A DNA stretch of 64,000 nucleotides from a virus (IMGVR_UViG_3300050343_000268:1-64000); one strand, 5' to 3'; numbered from the stretch's first letter, positions 51,476 to 62,246 are shown. Notes: generated by a model from the letters alone, not told the origin. Numbers and translations: made by a program.

Positions 51476-51990
51476 TCATCCTGCGGAGCATGAGCTCATA
51501 TAGTTTTACGGTAACTTCTGTATCTTGAATACAGTAGTCAAGCATTTCTGGGGTGTAAACATCCCAAGCAGCTTCGTGCTTACCGAAGTCACCTTTGAAA
51601 CACTTAAGGCGATAGCCCCATGCCTCTAGGCTATGACGGCCATAGAGCTTTTGTGGCATACCGATTGGCCGACGTTCGTGATCACGGTCAGCAATGTGTG
51701 GATAGAACAGACTGACTAAGAACAAGAGTGTCGATGACTTGACCTTGATAGTCAAAGTCGTATGTCTCTTTAATTAGAGGAATGTCATAGCCAATAATAT
51801 TGTGTCCAATAAGTACATCAGCTTGGCGTAGGCTTTCAATGCCATCATCAAGATCTAAGCGCGGAGCATCCCACACAAGTGGCTTGTCAGATTGACTTAA
51901 GTCACGTGCAACAATGCAATGAATTTTAGAACCACGACGCAAGAGGCCAGTAGATTCAAGGTCAAATAGAAGTGCTGTTGTTGTTTTCAT
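51462..51990 (-). CDS. Stand-alone 3'-5' exonuclease domain of family A polymerase, with an indel near 51720
   Basis: ExoI FDLES, ExoII GHNIIGYD, HSLEAWGYRL, ExoIII YCIQD. Confidence 0.88.
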
Positions 51991-52549
51991 TGATTTGTTC
52001 GTCATATTGTGAAGCATCGAAACTGCTTGATTCTGTCGGGCTATGCGTGTAGAGATCTTTGTCTTGGAATTGTTGTTCCCTGTCATCGAATCTAGGAGCT
52101 TGATTGTTGTTTTCAAAGCGTTCGTCTGCATCGTCAAATAGTGGTTCAATGGATATAAAAAGTTCTCGTGCTAATCGTGCTGCACGTCTAAATTCGTCCT
52201 TGTAATAAGGCTCCCATTCGTGAGCTAGGACGATAATTTTGCGAATGCCCATCAGATAAAGCTGAAAGACGGACGCAGAGAATGGGTATCGTGTCGAGTA
52301 AATAACTGCACCAGTGATAGGTGTGCCACGTTTACAGGCAGTGGCAATAGCATATGTAATGCAATCCAGCTCTACTTTGCAGTCAGCCAGAATACTTCTA
52401 CCATCACCGCAAATCTCTCGATCACGGATAATTACACATCCACCAGGAGCAATAGGGTGAGTACTGCCAGTAGATACTTGCTTGGCAAGATCCATAAAGT
52501 ATTTATCCTTGTTTTTGATAAAGGTTGGGTCTGACTTTGGTGCAGGCAT
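51962..52549 (-). CDS. dCMP-deaminase-fold protein lacking catalytic motifs
   Basis: DKYFMDLAKQVS..S......GCVII...GAVIYSTRYP.....GIRKI; no HAE, no PCxxC. Confidence 0.7.
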   Translation of the reverse strand: MPAPKSDPTFIKNKDKYFMDLAKQVSTGSTHPIAPGGCVIIRDREICGDGRSILADCKVELDCITYAIATACKRGTPITGAVIYSTRYPFSASVFQLYLMGIRKIIVLAHEWEPYYKDEFRRAARLARELFISIEPLFDDADERFENNNQAPRFDDREQQFQDKDLYTHSPTESSSFDASQYDEQINENNNSTSI

Positions 52550-52599
52550 ATCTCACATATTGAGTCGGTTGTTTCTATATTAGATAAGTGAACTAATAA

Positions 52600-52953
52600 A
52601 TGAGACATATGGATTACGGCAAGTTCAAAAAAGAATATGACGAATTTGAGGAATATAATATGAATCGCATGCCATATGAATCAATTAACAAAAAATCCTT
52701 GGCCTGGCTTGATGTTCGTAATAATTATGGCAAGCAAGATATGGTCAACAGTCCAGCTCATTACACACGAGGCAGTCAGGAAGTCATTGACATTATTGAG
52801 CAAGCTATCACTGATGCACCTGGTAATACAGAAGGATATCTACAAGGCCAAGCGTTGAAATATCTGTTGCGTGTATGGCTTAAGGACAACCCTAAGCAAG
52901 ACTGTGAGAAAGCGGTCTGGTATTTAAATCGACTTATCGATAAACTCGACTAA
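52600..52953 (+). CDS. DUF3310 / T7 gp1.7-like protein
   Basis: DMVNSPAHY..G..EVID...GQALKY..R...K....D.EKA.WY. Confidence 0.8.
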   Translation: MRHMDYGKFKKEYDEFEEYNMNRMPYESINKKSLAWLDVRNNYGKQDMVNSPAHYTRGSQEVIDIIEQAITDAPGNTEGYLQGQALKYLLRVWLKDNPKQDCEKAVWYLNRLIDKLD

Positions 52954-52974
52954 CAAATGGCCGGCGTTAGCCGG

Positions 52975-53397
52975 CTAACATCGTTGAAAGTAAAGGTCAC
53001 CGTCTGCATGTGAGAGAGATTCAAACTCTTGAATATGGGGGCGGATTTTTTCTAACAAGGTTTTAGTGTCTATAGAGGCGTGTTTGAAAGTACAGGCATA
53101 GCCTTGAGAGAATGGTATGTGCTGATGAATTGGTATGTACCACATTAAAGGAATAAGGCAGTCCCAAGGCTCAAGACCCTGTGATGCCCAACAATTAAGC
53201 TCTTCTAACCGAGCTGCCGTCTTAATAATATGAGCTTCATGTGCTTCAGATTCAGGTATAAATAATTCATTATATGGAGAAACGATAGCATGCCTCCACA
53301 TTATGGTTCCATCTCTATGTATTAAACGACAGGGATGAACTTGGTTACCAGAAGGTAAGTTATAAAGAGACGCTGGCGAAAGATGCTTAACCATCAA
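52975..53397 (-). CDS. Peptidase M15-like protein lacking metal ligands
   Basis: W..A......P......IIKTA..LEE......WY...FSQGYACTF aligns to H-x-x-G-x-A-x-D. Confidence 0.4.
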   Translation of the reverse strand: MMVKHLSPASLYNLPSGNQVHPCRLIHRDGTIMWRHAIVSPYNELFIPESEAHEAHIIKTAARLEELNCWASQGLEPWDCLIPLMWYIPIHQHIPFSQGYACTFKHASIDTKTLLEKIRPHIQEFESLSHADGDLYFQRC

Positions 53398-54064
53398 ACG
53401 TTACCTTTACGCTCTTCGTAATATTCAAGATCTCTTTGCCAAGAATCACCAGTAAACTCATTTAATACTACTCGACCGATATCACGAAAACTATTATAGA
53501 AAAGTGAAACTTTGTCTACAGAGGTAATCGTCACATCTACTGGTGGTCCATAGATAATAAGGTTCCAGGTTGAAGGGCAGACTGGTTCAAATCCTTTGGC
53601 AGTAGCCCTTAGCTGTTTAATACGTTTGAATGGAATACAGAAGGGATAGTCAAGCAAAGCGGGTGCTGCTCGTAGAATCTCAGATGCATTAGTGAAGAAA
53701 ACAAAACTATTGATATGGTGATTACGATACTCATTAATTGTTTTATTCAGCCAGATGCGAGTTGTACGTACAGCTCCTTTTGGTGCGACAAACACATTCC
53801 CATGCCAGTGTTCCTGTAATGGGTTAGCTTCTACAGACGGTACAGAAGTAGCATCGACAAGCACTTGTTGTACAGGGTCAGAAGTAGGATCAAAGTCAAT
53901 TGATCCCATGACAGTACGTGCACGTTCAATGATTTGAGGGGTGGGTATAACGGGAGTTTTAATCCAGAAGCTTTTAGCTTATCCGCTAAATTCTGCTGTG
54001 ATCGCTCTGAGGCTTTCTTGGCCCCCTCCTGCTTCGAGACTAAATGTTCTTGTTCCAGCATCAC
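53394..54064 (-). CDS. Phage Dam-like N6-adenine methyltransferase homologue lacking NPPY, with an indel near 53940
   Basis: TPQIIERARTVMGSIDFDPTS...W.GNVFVAPKG. Confidence 0.65.
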
Positions 54065-54401
54065 TGATCAATGTAATTAATACGTTTTTAGACCAGTCAT
54101 TCTCGTCAATTTCCTCAAGCAGTGAACGCAAAAACTCCACAATTTCTGTATCCTCTTCGCGTTCAGCAGAGACTAAATCAGATTCAACATCATGGCCTGA
54201 CATATATGTTGTGGAGTCGTTAACTAAATTGATGACTAAGGAGCCGGCACCTGAGGTTTCAACTCCATTCATAGCAACGTTGATTAAGTCTGTAAGAATA
54301 AGTTCAGCAGTAGCAGCCAAAAACTTTTGTTCATTGGTTTTTTCTTCGCCGAATTTATCGGATTGAAGAAGTTGCTGAAGTAAATCTGTACGTCTAGACA
54401 T
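53979..54401 (-). CDS. Hypothetical acidic protein
   Basis: 140-aa ORF. Confidence 0.6.
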   Translation of the reverse strand: MSRRTDLLQQLLQSDKFGEEKTNEQKFLAATAELILTDLINVAMNGVETSGAGSLVINLVNDSTTYMSGHDVESDLVSAEREEDTEIVEFLRSLLEEIDENDWSKNVLITLISDAGTRTFSLEAGGGQESLRAITAEFSG

Positions 54402-54433
54402 AATTGAATGACTCTTTGTTTAGGATAAGTAAT

Positions 54434-55249
54434 TTAAAATTCTTCTGTGGGGTTTTCATCGTTTTCCTCGTTATCAGTTGGAGCACGAAACAAACCAGGA
54501 TTAGAAGGTTCTGTTTGAGAGATATGTTTGCCAGCTAAAATATCGGTCATAACAGCTTCAAACCTATCAACATACTGCGTGTTTGGATCTAGCAAGAGCG
54601 CTGCCCTAGCTTCGATTTCAGCAGTATCATCTTTCTTCTGCTCCTCTTTAATTGCTTCTTCAATTACATATTCTTGTACTTGTTGACGTAACGTGTGTAA
54701 TTGACAAGCTAGTTCAAAGGAATCGACGTAACTGTCTTGATCTACAAATACTCCAACGTGTTGAGGAATCAGATGGAAAGGGTTGCAGCAATACTTTTCA
54801 CCACAGGTAGTCTTTACACCAGTAAAACCTAAGTCTCCCCATGTGAACCACATAGCTACACGTTGTGGGTGATGTTGAGTTGAGGTAGAGATACCAGGCC
54901 TGCGCCATGCAAACTGAGGCTGCTTGGTTCTAGGATTTACTACTCCGTTCCACATCCAGCATTCGTCTGGTTGACCAATATCAACTTGTGACCAAAACTT
55001 GAGTGCTTTATTCCTGTATTTTTTCATCAAGCGATCAATATCAAATGACAACATGCCTTCCCTTGCGGAGCTTACGCATCGCACACAGGCCTGATGGCTG
55101 TCATAGCGCATTGAGTGAGAACTAAATCTACCAAGAGAGTGACCACTGTAGATACACAGTTCGCCTTCTTCAGCAGTATTGGACATTTGCAAATGGCGTC
55201 TACCGTAAGCATGTCCTCCTCTTCGTTTATTAGGTTGAGCTTCAGCCAT
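54434..55249 (-). CDS. HNH/His-Me finger-like protein with altered active site
   Basis: FWSQVD...ECWMWNG...PQRVAMW...KTTCGEKYCCNPFHL. Confidence 0.65.
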   Translation of the reverse strand: MAEAQPNKRRGGHAYGRRHLQMSNTAEEGELCIYSGHSLGRFSSHSMRYDSHQACVRCVSSAREGMLSFDIDRLMKKYRNKALKFWSQVDIGQPDECWMWNGVVNPRTKQPQFAWRRPGISTSTQHHPQRVAMWFTWGDLGFTGVKTTCGEKYCCNPFHLIPQHVGVFVDQDSYVDSFELACQLHTLRQQVQEYVIEEAIKEEQKKDDTAEIEARAALLLDPNTQYVDRFEAVMTDILAGKHISQTEPSNPGLFRAPTDNEENDENPTEEF

Positions 55250-55486
55250 TTAGTTCTCTGATTTGGTACTAGCAAACGTGCCGCCCAATGCTGGGTATTG
55301 ATCATCGGCTGGCAATGCAGTCAATTGATGGTTAATCATGTATTCATAACGTGTGCTATTTTCATACTTTATACGAACAAGTTTAGTGTTGGGGGTGTAG
55401 TACTCAGGCTTACCTACAACAAGCGCTGTCATGTCATTAGAAGACACACGTACCCGCAATCCAATCTGAATATCTGATGATTTCAT
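55250..55486 (-). CDS. Small SH3/KOW-like protein
   Basis: IQIGLRVRV...ALVVG...VRIKYE. Confidence 0.5.
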   Translation of the reverse strand: MKSSDIQIGLRVRVSSNDMTALVVGKPEYYTPNTKLVRIKYENSTRYEYMINHQLTALPADDQYPALGGTFASTKSEN

Positions 55487-55506
55487 TTATAAAAAATATA
55501 TAGTGT

Positions 55507-57721
55507 TTAAAAGTCGTTGAGAATATGATCGTCAGTTAATGGATCGTCAGTAGGACGAATCCATAGTCGAACTGATTTAACCTTATTCGTAACAGGATCT
55601 TTGCGTGAAGTGTTTAATCGTCTCCAGCCAAGTGTTTGTAAAACATCAGCTACTCGACGAGCTTCGCGTCGTCCTTGCTGCCTGGGGTCAAGGTCAAGTG
55701 CTTTGGTAAGAACCTCAGCAGCTGAAACCTCTTCTTTCAGACTGACGTAATGACTAATCTTTTCCATCCAAGGATCTGGATCGCCAAACTCTTGGATGTA
55801 CTCAGCGATCTGAGCGATCTCACCGCTATTGAATTCATATGAATTGCCATCACGATAAGCTTGAACAGCTGATGCCCATAGGGAATCACGTTCTTCACTA
55901 ATCTGCTTCCAAGGAATTAAGAAGCCGCTGCCGATCTCAAGAGGTACAAAGCGGCGATTGCCTGTACTATCAACGAGAAACTGGTTACGATTAGTCGTGC
56001 CAATCATAACAAAGCGACGAAGTAGTCGCTCAGGAAGACTAGCATATGGTCTTCTTACTTCATCACAACGTGTTGTAATTAGGTTCTTGAAGTTCTCAAT
56101 GTTGCGTGATTGGAAGAAGTGGTCAATCTCAGGGAGCTCTAGCAACCAAGCAACGTGCAACCTGTATTGCTCTTTCATTAAGGTCTCTAATGGAGTAGAG
56201 ACTTCAGCAAAGAGCTTCTCAGGGACAAGACTACGGCTAAACATTGACTTACCTACACCTTGAGCACCAACTAAGATTGGGAGCCAGGACATAGAACAGC
56301 CAGGGTTATAAGCACGAGCTACTGCACCAATCATCATGCGCTGCATGGCAAGCGTTGACAGATGATTTTTGTTGCCTAAGAACACTTCACCAATACGATC
56401 CCAATCTTTATGTGGGATGGCGTGAGCGGAGCAAGAATCCAAGTAACGTCTAATAGGGCAGTACCTGTTCTTACCAGCTGCGTATTGAATGGCAGCTTTT
56501 ATACGCTGCTTCAGGAATAAAGACTCCGTGCTCGCAAGCAAGCTTGGTAGTCATTAAGTCAAGGTCATTACCCTCTAGCTCAATGGTTTTACCATTAGCG
56601 TCGTCATATTCAATTGCCCCTGTAAGTTCGTTCTTACGAAGGTTAGTCAAAATTTCTTTGACCTTTTTTACATCGTCTTCGCGCTCTTTAGCAGCATCAC
56701 TGCCTGAACGCTTGGGTCTACCTTTTGTTCTTTTAGCTTGAGAAGCATCAGGTATGGGCTCAAATTCAGGATCCAATTTCACCTCCAGGTTATTAATTAC
56801 ATCATCAAAGTTTGGTAGAGCATCAAATTCTATGTAGCCTACCGCCGATCCAACAGCACCAAAGCGTAACTCTGGCGGTAATTGTGATGACCAACTACTG
56901 CTTTGTCTTTTTGCTAGTGAGTATAACTTAGCAGGTCCACTATGATTACCGAGACCGCGCCATTTAAATGGTTGAATATTCTCACGTTTCTCGCCGTGAT
57001 GTCCACGCAATACCCAGTCAACCCAGTCATCAAACACAGGCTGACCAATAGCTGCACAGGCAGCCATAACAGGTACATAGCGAGTTTCATACTCGCCATC
57101 TTCTGATGGTACTAAGAAGTTTCTTAGTAACCACTGACAACGCTTGATGTCTGCATCAGTTACGTCTGAAGCAACAAAGTCTGTTGGATCATCGTAATCA
57201 ATGTCAGTTAGCAGAAACTCAGGGACTAATGCATCTGCATTGATAAGCCATTCAGCCTTGGTGTTGCCATACCAAAGCCGCTCAGGCTTCTGTCCGCAGT
57301 TATCTTTGATTGTCTCAATACCAAGGTCAGCAAATAGTCTGTTGACTACAAGCCAGTAAGCACCGCGATGCTGTGACGTGGTCTTAAGTTCTAGCTCAAG
57401 GGGAAACAAAGCACGGAACCTGTGCTCTGATTCGGTATGACTAGCAGTGGTATAAGTAGCAACACACCAGTTACGGGCAGTATCTGTATTCCAAAATGCA
57501 TCGAGGGTAGTGTCGCCATCGATATCTACAACAACTAAGTTGCTGCCTGATGCATTATCAACACGTCTGTGCCTGCCAACAAAATGAGTGGCGCACCAGC
57601 CATAGCCAGCTTCCACCCATCCTCGTAGCCATGTGAGACTTTCTTCAATGTTTAACCAGCCCTGAGCTGGTTGCTTTTCTTTGTTGCGGCAGTCTTTATG
57701 AACTGCAATCCGCAGCTTCAT
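55507..57721 (-). CDS. Primase fused to VapE-type helicase, with an indel near 56505
   Basis: VVVDIDG and HRFRALF primase motifs, PriCT-like segment; Walker A GAQGVGKS, ELPE, GTTN, DSTGNRRF. Confidence 0.88.
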
Positions 57722-58472
57722 TATTGTCATCCTCTGGATATAGTTCGTGGAACATTTTTGCTCTTTTTAAAAAGCGTGATTCATAGAGTTCAAGCTGGTC
57801 TCCATCAATGAAGATCGCTTGAGTTGTCTCTTCAGTGGCTACCAAAATCAGTGCCACGTCACATAGAAACCCGACACGCTCGTTCAATGCGTATCGATAT
57901 GCAGCCATCTGCTGCGCACACTTTTGAAACTTTCTCCATCCGCCATACCCGACACGATCACCTCTGTCTGGTGAAAAGGCGGAGTATGGGCCATTGCTGG
58001 TTTTGAAGTCAGCAATTACTTTTACACCACCAATCTCTCCAATGAGATCAGGGCATCCAGCAAATAAATGTTCAGTACTCCAGACATATGCGACTTCTTT
58101 GTCATCACTACGTAAGTTATTCCAGTCAGGGCGAAGTGGTCGCTCAGACCAATGAATTGTATCAAACCAATCTAGGTATTGGGATAACCCATTCCAAAAT
58201 GGTTGATATTCTTCAGGTACTCCTGGATCTAACCCACGTAGATAATTTTCACACCCAAGGTGAATAGCAGTGCCACGTGTCGCAGCAGCTTCTAGCGCAC
58301 CTGGGTTTTTGTCCTGCCACTGCCGCAAGCCTGCTTTCGACTTTTCACTTTCAGTACCTGAAAGGACGGTCGTGACTGACGGCATGTAGAGACCCGAACA
58401 TAGATATTTGCGGTGTCCTGCCGACGTCTGTATACGATAAGGCTTATCATGAGTGGTTGAGTTTGTCATCAA
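57696..58472 (-). CDS. PD-(D/E)xK exonuclease
   Basis: PSVTTVL, RGTAIH, AGCPDLI, ADFKTS, QMAAY. Confidence 0.85.
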   Translation of the reverse strand: MMTNSTTHDKPYRIQTSAGHRKYLCSGLYMPSVTTVLSGTESEKSKAGLRQWQDKNPGALEAAATRGTAIHLGCENYLRGLDPGVPEEYQPFWNGLSQYLDWFDTIHWSERPLRPDWNNLRSDDKEVAYVWSTEHLFAGCPDLIGEIGGVKVIADFKTSNGPYSAFSPDRGDRVGYGGWRKFQKCAQQMAAYRYALNERVGFLCDVALILVATEETTQAIFIDGDQLELYESRFLKRAKMFHELYPEDDNNEAADCSS

Positions 58473-58855
58473 TAATCTGATTCTTGTTCTACGCTTTGTG
58501 CAAAGTTTTGACTGTACGTTGGGCCTTGGCTAAATTCCTGCCCTTGAGCATTGCTTTCGGGTGACGGTTGAAACATTTGATATAAAGTCCCCACTGCCTG
58601 ACCAACTGCATCAACAACATTTGAATTTGCATCAAGTTGCTGTTTTAATTCATTCACTTCTTGGCGAAGTGCAATGATGTGATCCATCAAGGAAGGTGGC
58701 TTAACTACCTGTGGTTGTTGTGCAGCAACTGGTGCTGGTTGAGTTGGTGCAGCTGGTGCGTTATCTCCAGGCACTTGTCCAGCCATGATTTGAGCCAGAC
58801 GAGCTTGCATTTCTGGAGGTAGATTTTGTAATGCAGGTGAAATTGGTTGAGACAT
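58469..58855 (-). CDS. Hypothetical Q/P-rich coiled-coil protein
   Basis: 128-aa ORF. Confidence 0.55.
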   Translation of the reverse strand: MSQPISPALQNLPPEMQARLAQIMAGQVPGDNAPAAPTQPAPVAAQQPQVVKPPSLMDHIIALRQEVNELKQQLDANSNVVDAVGQAVGTLYQMFQPSPESNAQGQEFSQGPTYSQNFAQSVEQESDY

Positions 58856-58857
58856 AA

Positions 58858-59598
58858 TTAAAATTCAGTATTATCTTGTTCTGGTGCTTGGCTAGATACA
58901 GTTGGTGCAACTACAGCGCCTCGCTTATCTTGTCCGCCAGCCGGGAGACCTTTTTCGTCAGTTGAACGTCCATCAAAAGGATCCTTTCCTTCAAAGAAGT
59001 TGGGGAGCCAAATACTATCTCGTGAGGTCTGCCATTCCTTAATAATTTTCTCCGGTACTTTACGTACCTTTGGAAGGATTGAATATGTAGTTTCCAACCC
59101 AGCTCCCTTACGGCTGATTTTAATCGAAAAGTTTGCCAAACCTTCCTCTGTCCAAGTGTAATCTTCAATTTCTTGAAGGACTTCTGTAAGTTGATCACGG
59201 ATTGATTTCTGCTCAATGAATAAAACTTCTAATCTTCCACGAGTTGCTGAGGTAGCAACCCATGCAAGGAAACGACGGGGCTTGACATAACTTCCATCGA
59301 TTTTTGGTCGATCTGGTTTGGACCAGTCGGTCTCACGGGCAATGTCAGCAGGAGAACCAGGGTGGCTCCTAGTAACGACGTAGCCATTAAAACGGAGGTC
59401 ACCGGTCTTGGGATCCTTGATTTCTGATGCGTACTGCCATCCAGTGATTGCATGTCCGGTGTCGTAGCATCCAAGCAAACGAAATTCTTCGGATTCTCCA
59501 TCTTTAAGTGAGCTAGGTTTCCAGTATGGTTGTGCTTCTTTAGTTTCAATTTTATCTTTAGTTTCCAGTAATTCTGGAGGTAGGACTTGAAGTGTCAT
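58858..59598 (-). CDS. Putative ssDNA-binding/annealing protein
   Basis: LKDGE..EFRLLG...IKISRKGAGLETTYSILP...FEGKDPF; acidic/aromatic C-terminus; adjacent to the exonuclease. Confidence 0.55.
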   Translation of the reverse strand: MTLQVLPPELLETKDKIETKEAQPYWKPSSLKDGESEEFRLLGCYDTGHAITGWQYASEIKDPKTGDLRFNGYVVTRSHPGSPADIARETDWSKPDRPKIDGSYVKPRRFLAWVATSATRGRLEVLFIEQKSIRDQLTEVLQEIEDYTWTEEGLANFSIKISRKGAGLETTYSILPKVRKVPEKIIKEWQTSRDSIWLPNFFEGKDPFDGRSTDEKGLPAGGQDKRGAVVAPTVSSQAPEQDNTEF

Positions 59599-59663
59599 TA
59601 TTTATTATTAGTAGACTCTTCAAATGTAAGATATATAATATATAAATGTGAGCTCCAGTAATT

Positions 59664-59975
59664 ATGCGATTAGCAGGTATATTTGCCGAACAATTAGGCA
59701 CCCCTCTCCATGTATCAGCGGCAGATGCACCAATTAATTATGGAGTAATTGGAAGTGAAATAGGTCACACAGCTGGGGTACTCGATGGATTAAAAGAATA
59801 TGGCAATGCACTATTGTCTCCTTTTACTGGTGGGTTTAACCAACCATTAGGAGAAACAGATCTCTATGGACGCAACCCAGATGGTTCTGGAAGATCAATG
59901 GGTGAAGCAATGGAATACATAGAAAAAGGTGTTAGAAACCGTGAGGATGCCGTAAGAATGCTGTTAAAAAAGTAA
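59664..59975 (+). CDS. Hypothetical protein starting MRLAG
   Basis: Isolated + strand gene within the - strand block. Confidence 0.55.
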   Translation: MRLAGIFAEQLGTPLHVSAADAPINYGVIGSEIGHTAGVLDGLKEYGNALLSPFTGGFNQPLGETDLYGRNPDGSGRSMGEAMEYIEKGVRNREDAVRMLLKK

Positions 59976-60057
59976 GCATCTATAAATGAAGCGGTTAAGG
60001 GTATCTAATCGCTTCATACTCATCTATTAAAAAAGCCGGTGTTAGCCGGCAATGGTT

Positions 60058-60718
60058 TTAATAGTCAGGTGTTGGATCAACTTCGGTATATCCTGCTGCT
60101 GAACCACTTGATTGTGGATTAGTTGACTTTCGCGGTTGTTCTTGACGTGTGCTGAAATCGGTTGCAACGATTGCGCGATATGGACTATCGGAATCATCTT
60201 TACGATATTCACGGATATAGCCTTGTACACAAATAGCGCGACCTTTACGCACACGATCAGTAAGTTTTTTAAGGCGTGACTCGTGCGCTTCAAGATACAG
60301 CCAAGTTGTCACACTAGAGTTGTCTAGTGTTGTTCCAATCTTGACTGCGACTGTACCATTCTTGCGTTCTTTAATTTCATCACTACCAAAGAATGCATTA
60401 CCAAGAACGACTTGGTTGCAGTACATATCTTGAGGGATATTAGTTTCAATAGTCGTAACAATTAGATCTAGTGGCTTGGCAGTATCGTCACTGAAAACGA
60501 TATTACCGGTAATCAATGCACGTGTACCTGGCTTCCAACCTTGGAACGTTGTAAGTTTTGCACCTGCCCTGTCATAGCAGAGGAGCCTGAGTTTAACTTC
60601 TGATCCACTGCTGCCAGCGGGCACCACAGCGTCAGCACCCCTATAGTCCAACCCATAAGCGTTGATCGGATCATTAATTGGGCGATTTGAATTCAACGGT
60701 TGCTGCTATAAAGTTCAT
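60058..60718 (-). CDS. ssb: Single-stranded DNA-binding protein, possibly tandem OB folds, with an indel near the start
   Basis: NQVVLGN...VRKGRAICVQGYIRE; acidic tail. Confidence 0.65.
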
Positions 60719-60759
60719 TTAGACAGATATAGATATTATCAGTCTTAATCTTACGCAGT

Positions 60760-61403
60760 TTAGTAGTTAATTGTGGGATGTGGCCACATTGCTTCTGTAA
60801 TTGTTGGCAGTTTTTCTCGAATAATCTCCATTGCATTTAGTGCAATTTGTGTATGCTCCCATTGGGTGCCATGCCAACTTCGCAAGTCGATGTAATGCAG
60901 CCAACTACGGATTGTGCCCGACATATACAGCCTAGTTTTGGTGTTCATAGGCAGAACTGCACGTGCACACTCCTTAGCAACGCCTGCATCAAGCATCCGT
61001 TCGTGAGTTTCATGCCTTCACAAAAGTGAATTGAGCAATATCTGAGCCGAAGTTCTCATTAACCGACTGTGGTATGTCGTCAATTGAGTTCTGACGGTTG
61101 ACTACGTCTTGCCTACGAAGATGTGGAAGTTCAAATTCAGTAGCAACTGCATAGCGTTGACTAAATTCTTGAAAAGAAAATGAACGATGTCTTAAGATCT
61201 GCGGTGCAATCGCTCGTGTTGTCTCAATCTCTAAGCACATGGAAGCCATTTCAAACGGGCTCCAGTGCTTGTGCTTAATTAAGATACTTAAGAAGACCAA
61301 CAACGTTAGGATTGTCTTCGTTAGCTGGGTTTGAAACCCTAGCAATTTTACCGATTAGTTTTTCAGCGTCTGGAGTAATCCAAACAAGTTTGGCGTCATG
61401 CAT
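60760..61403 (-). CDS. thyX: Flavin-dependent thymidylate synthase, with indels
   Basis: [38 protein letters not shown]. Confidence 0.92.
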
Positions 61404-61451
61404 AAAATTATATAATAGTTACAATTAATCTAGAGAATATTTTGATTTGTT

Positions 61452-62147
61452 ATGGCGTTTGGAAATTATAGACCAAAGAGTGCATTGGCTATGCGCTTTG
61501 GCAATGAAGATCGTAAAGCAGGAGATGTTTGGTATGGTGGCTATACTCCTTCAAGTAAAAGCAATAGCAGCAATAAAACTAGTGAATCTTCGTTGAAATT
61601 GGGGGTTAAAGATTCTACGAGGAATTATGGTGGCCCCACTAAGGAGTCCGAAGCCGCTAAAGCTGAGCAAATAACAAAAGCCGCTAAAGTTTCAGAGCCT
61701 TTAGTAAATGGCGGGTTTACAAACGATAAAAGCCCACAACCAGTAACTTACGACGAAGATCAATATAGATACTATGTGAGTGACTTTGGTACAGGAACTG
61801 GGGCTGAAGCATATTCAACAGATATGGAAAATTACCAAGGGTGGGTAGACATGAACAATGGTGATGGAGGTGCAGCTGGTCATCTGGGGTTAGTAGCTCA
61901 AATGATGCATCCTGATTGGGGACGTTCACAGAGAGCTGGTGGTGGGGCTGAAGCACCTGTAGCGCAAGACTATGCGACTAAACCTAACTTTGCACCTGGA
62001 AGCAAACAAGCAGCGGTATTTGAGAGAGATTTCCCCGGTGCATTCGGAGGCAACGATGAAAGTTATCAAGGTAAAAAGGTACAAAAAGGATTGCAAATGC
62101 CGGATAAATACGGAAGGGTGCGTCCAAAGTACAAAGGTTGGAATTAA
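61452..62147 (+). CDS. Low-complexity hypothetical protein with RKAG motif
   Basis: Isolated + strand 231-aa gene. Confidence 0.55.
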   Translation: MAFGNYRPKSALAMRFGNEDRKAGDVWYGGYTPSSKSNSSNKTSESSLKLGVKDSTRNYGGPTKESEAAKAEQITKAAKVSEPLVNGGFTNDKSPQPVTYDEDQYRYYVSDFGTGTGAEAYSTDMENYQGWVDMNNGDGGAAGHLGLVAQMMHPDWGRSQRAGGGAEAPVAQDYATKPNFAPGSKQAAVFERDFPGAFGGNDESYQGKKVQKGLQMPDKYGRVRPKYKGWN

Positions 62148-62246
62148 TCTTAACTTTTTACATAGCTAGACAGTAGAACTCTCAATTGTTTTACTGTCAT
62201 TTTATCGAGTTGCTTGTCAATATATTCAAGTAGCTTTTGCTTATAA

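Noticed and set aside
59966-59990. Third in-frame A AAA AAG before a stop codon
   Set aside because: The -1 frame closes after five codons (VSIYK), so there is no meaningful extension.
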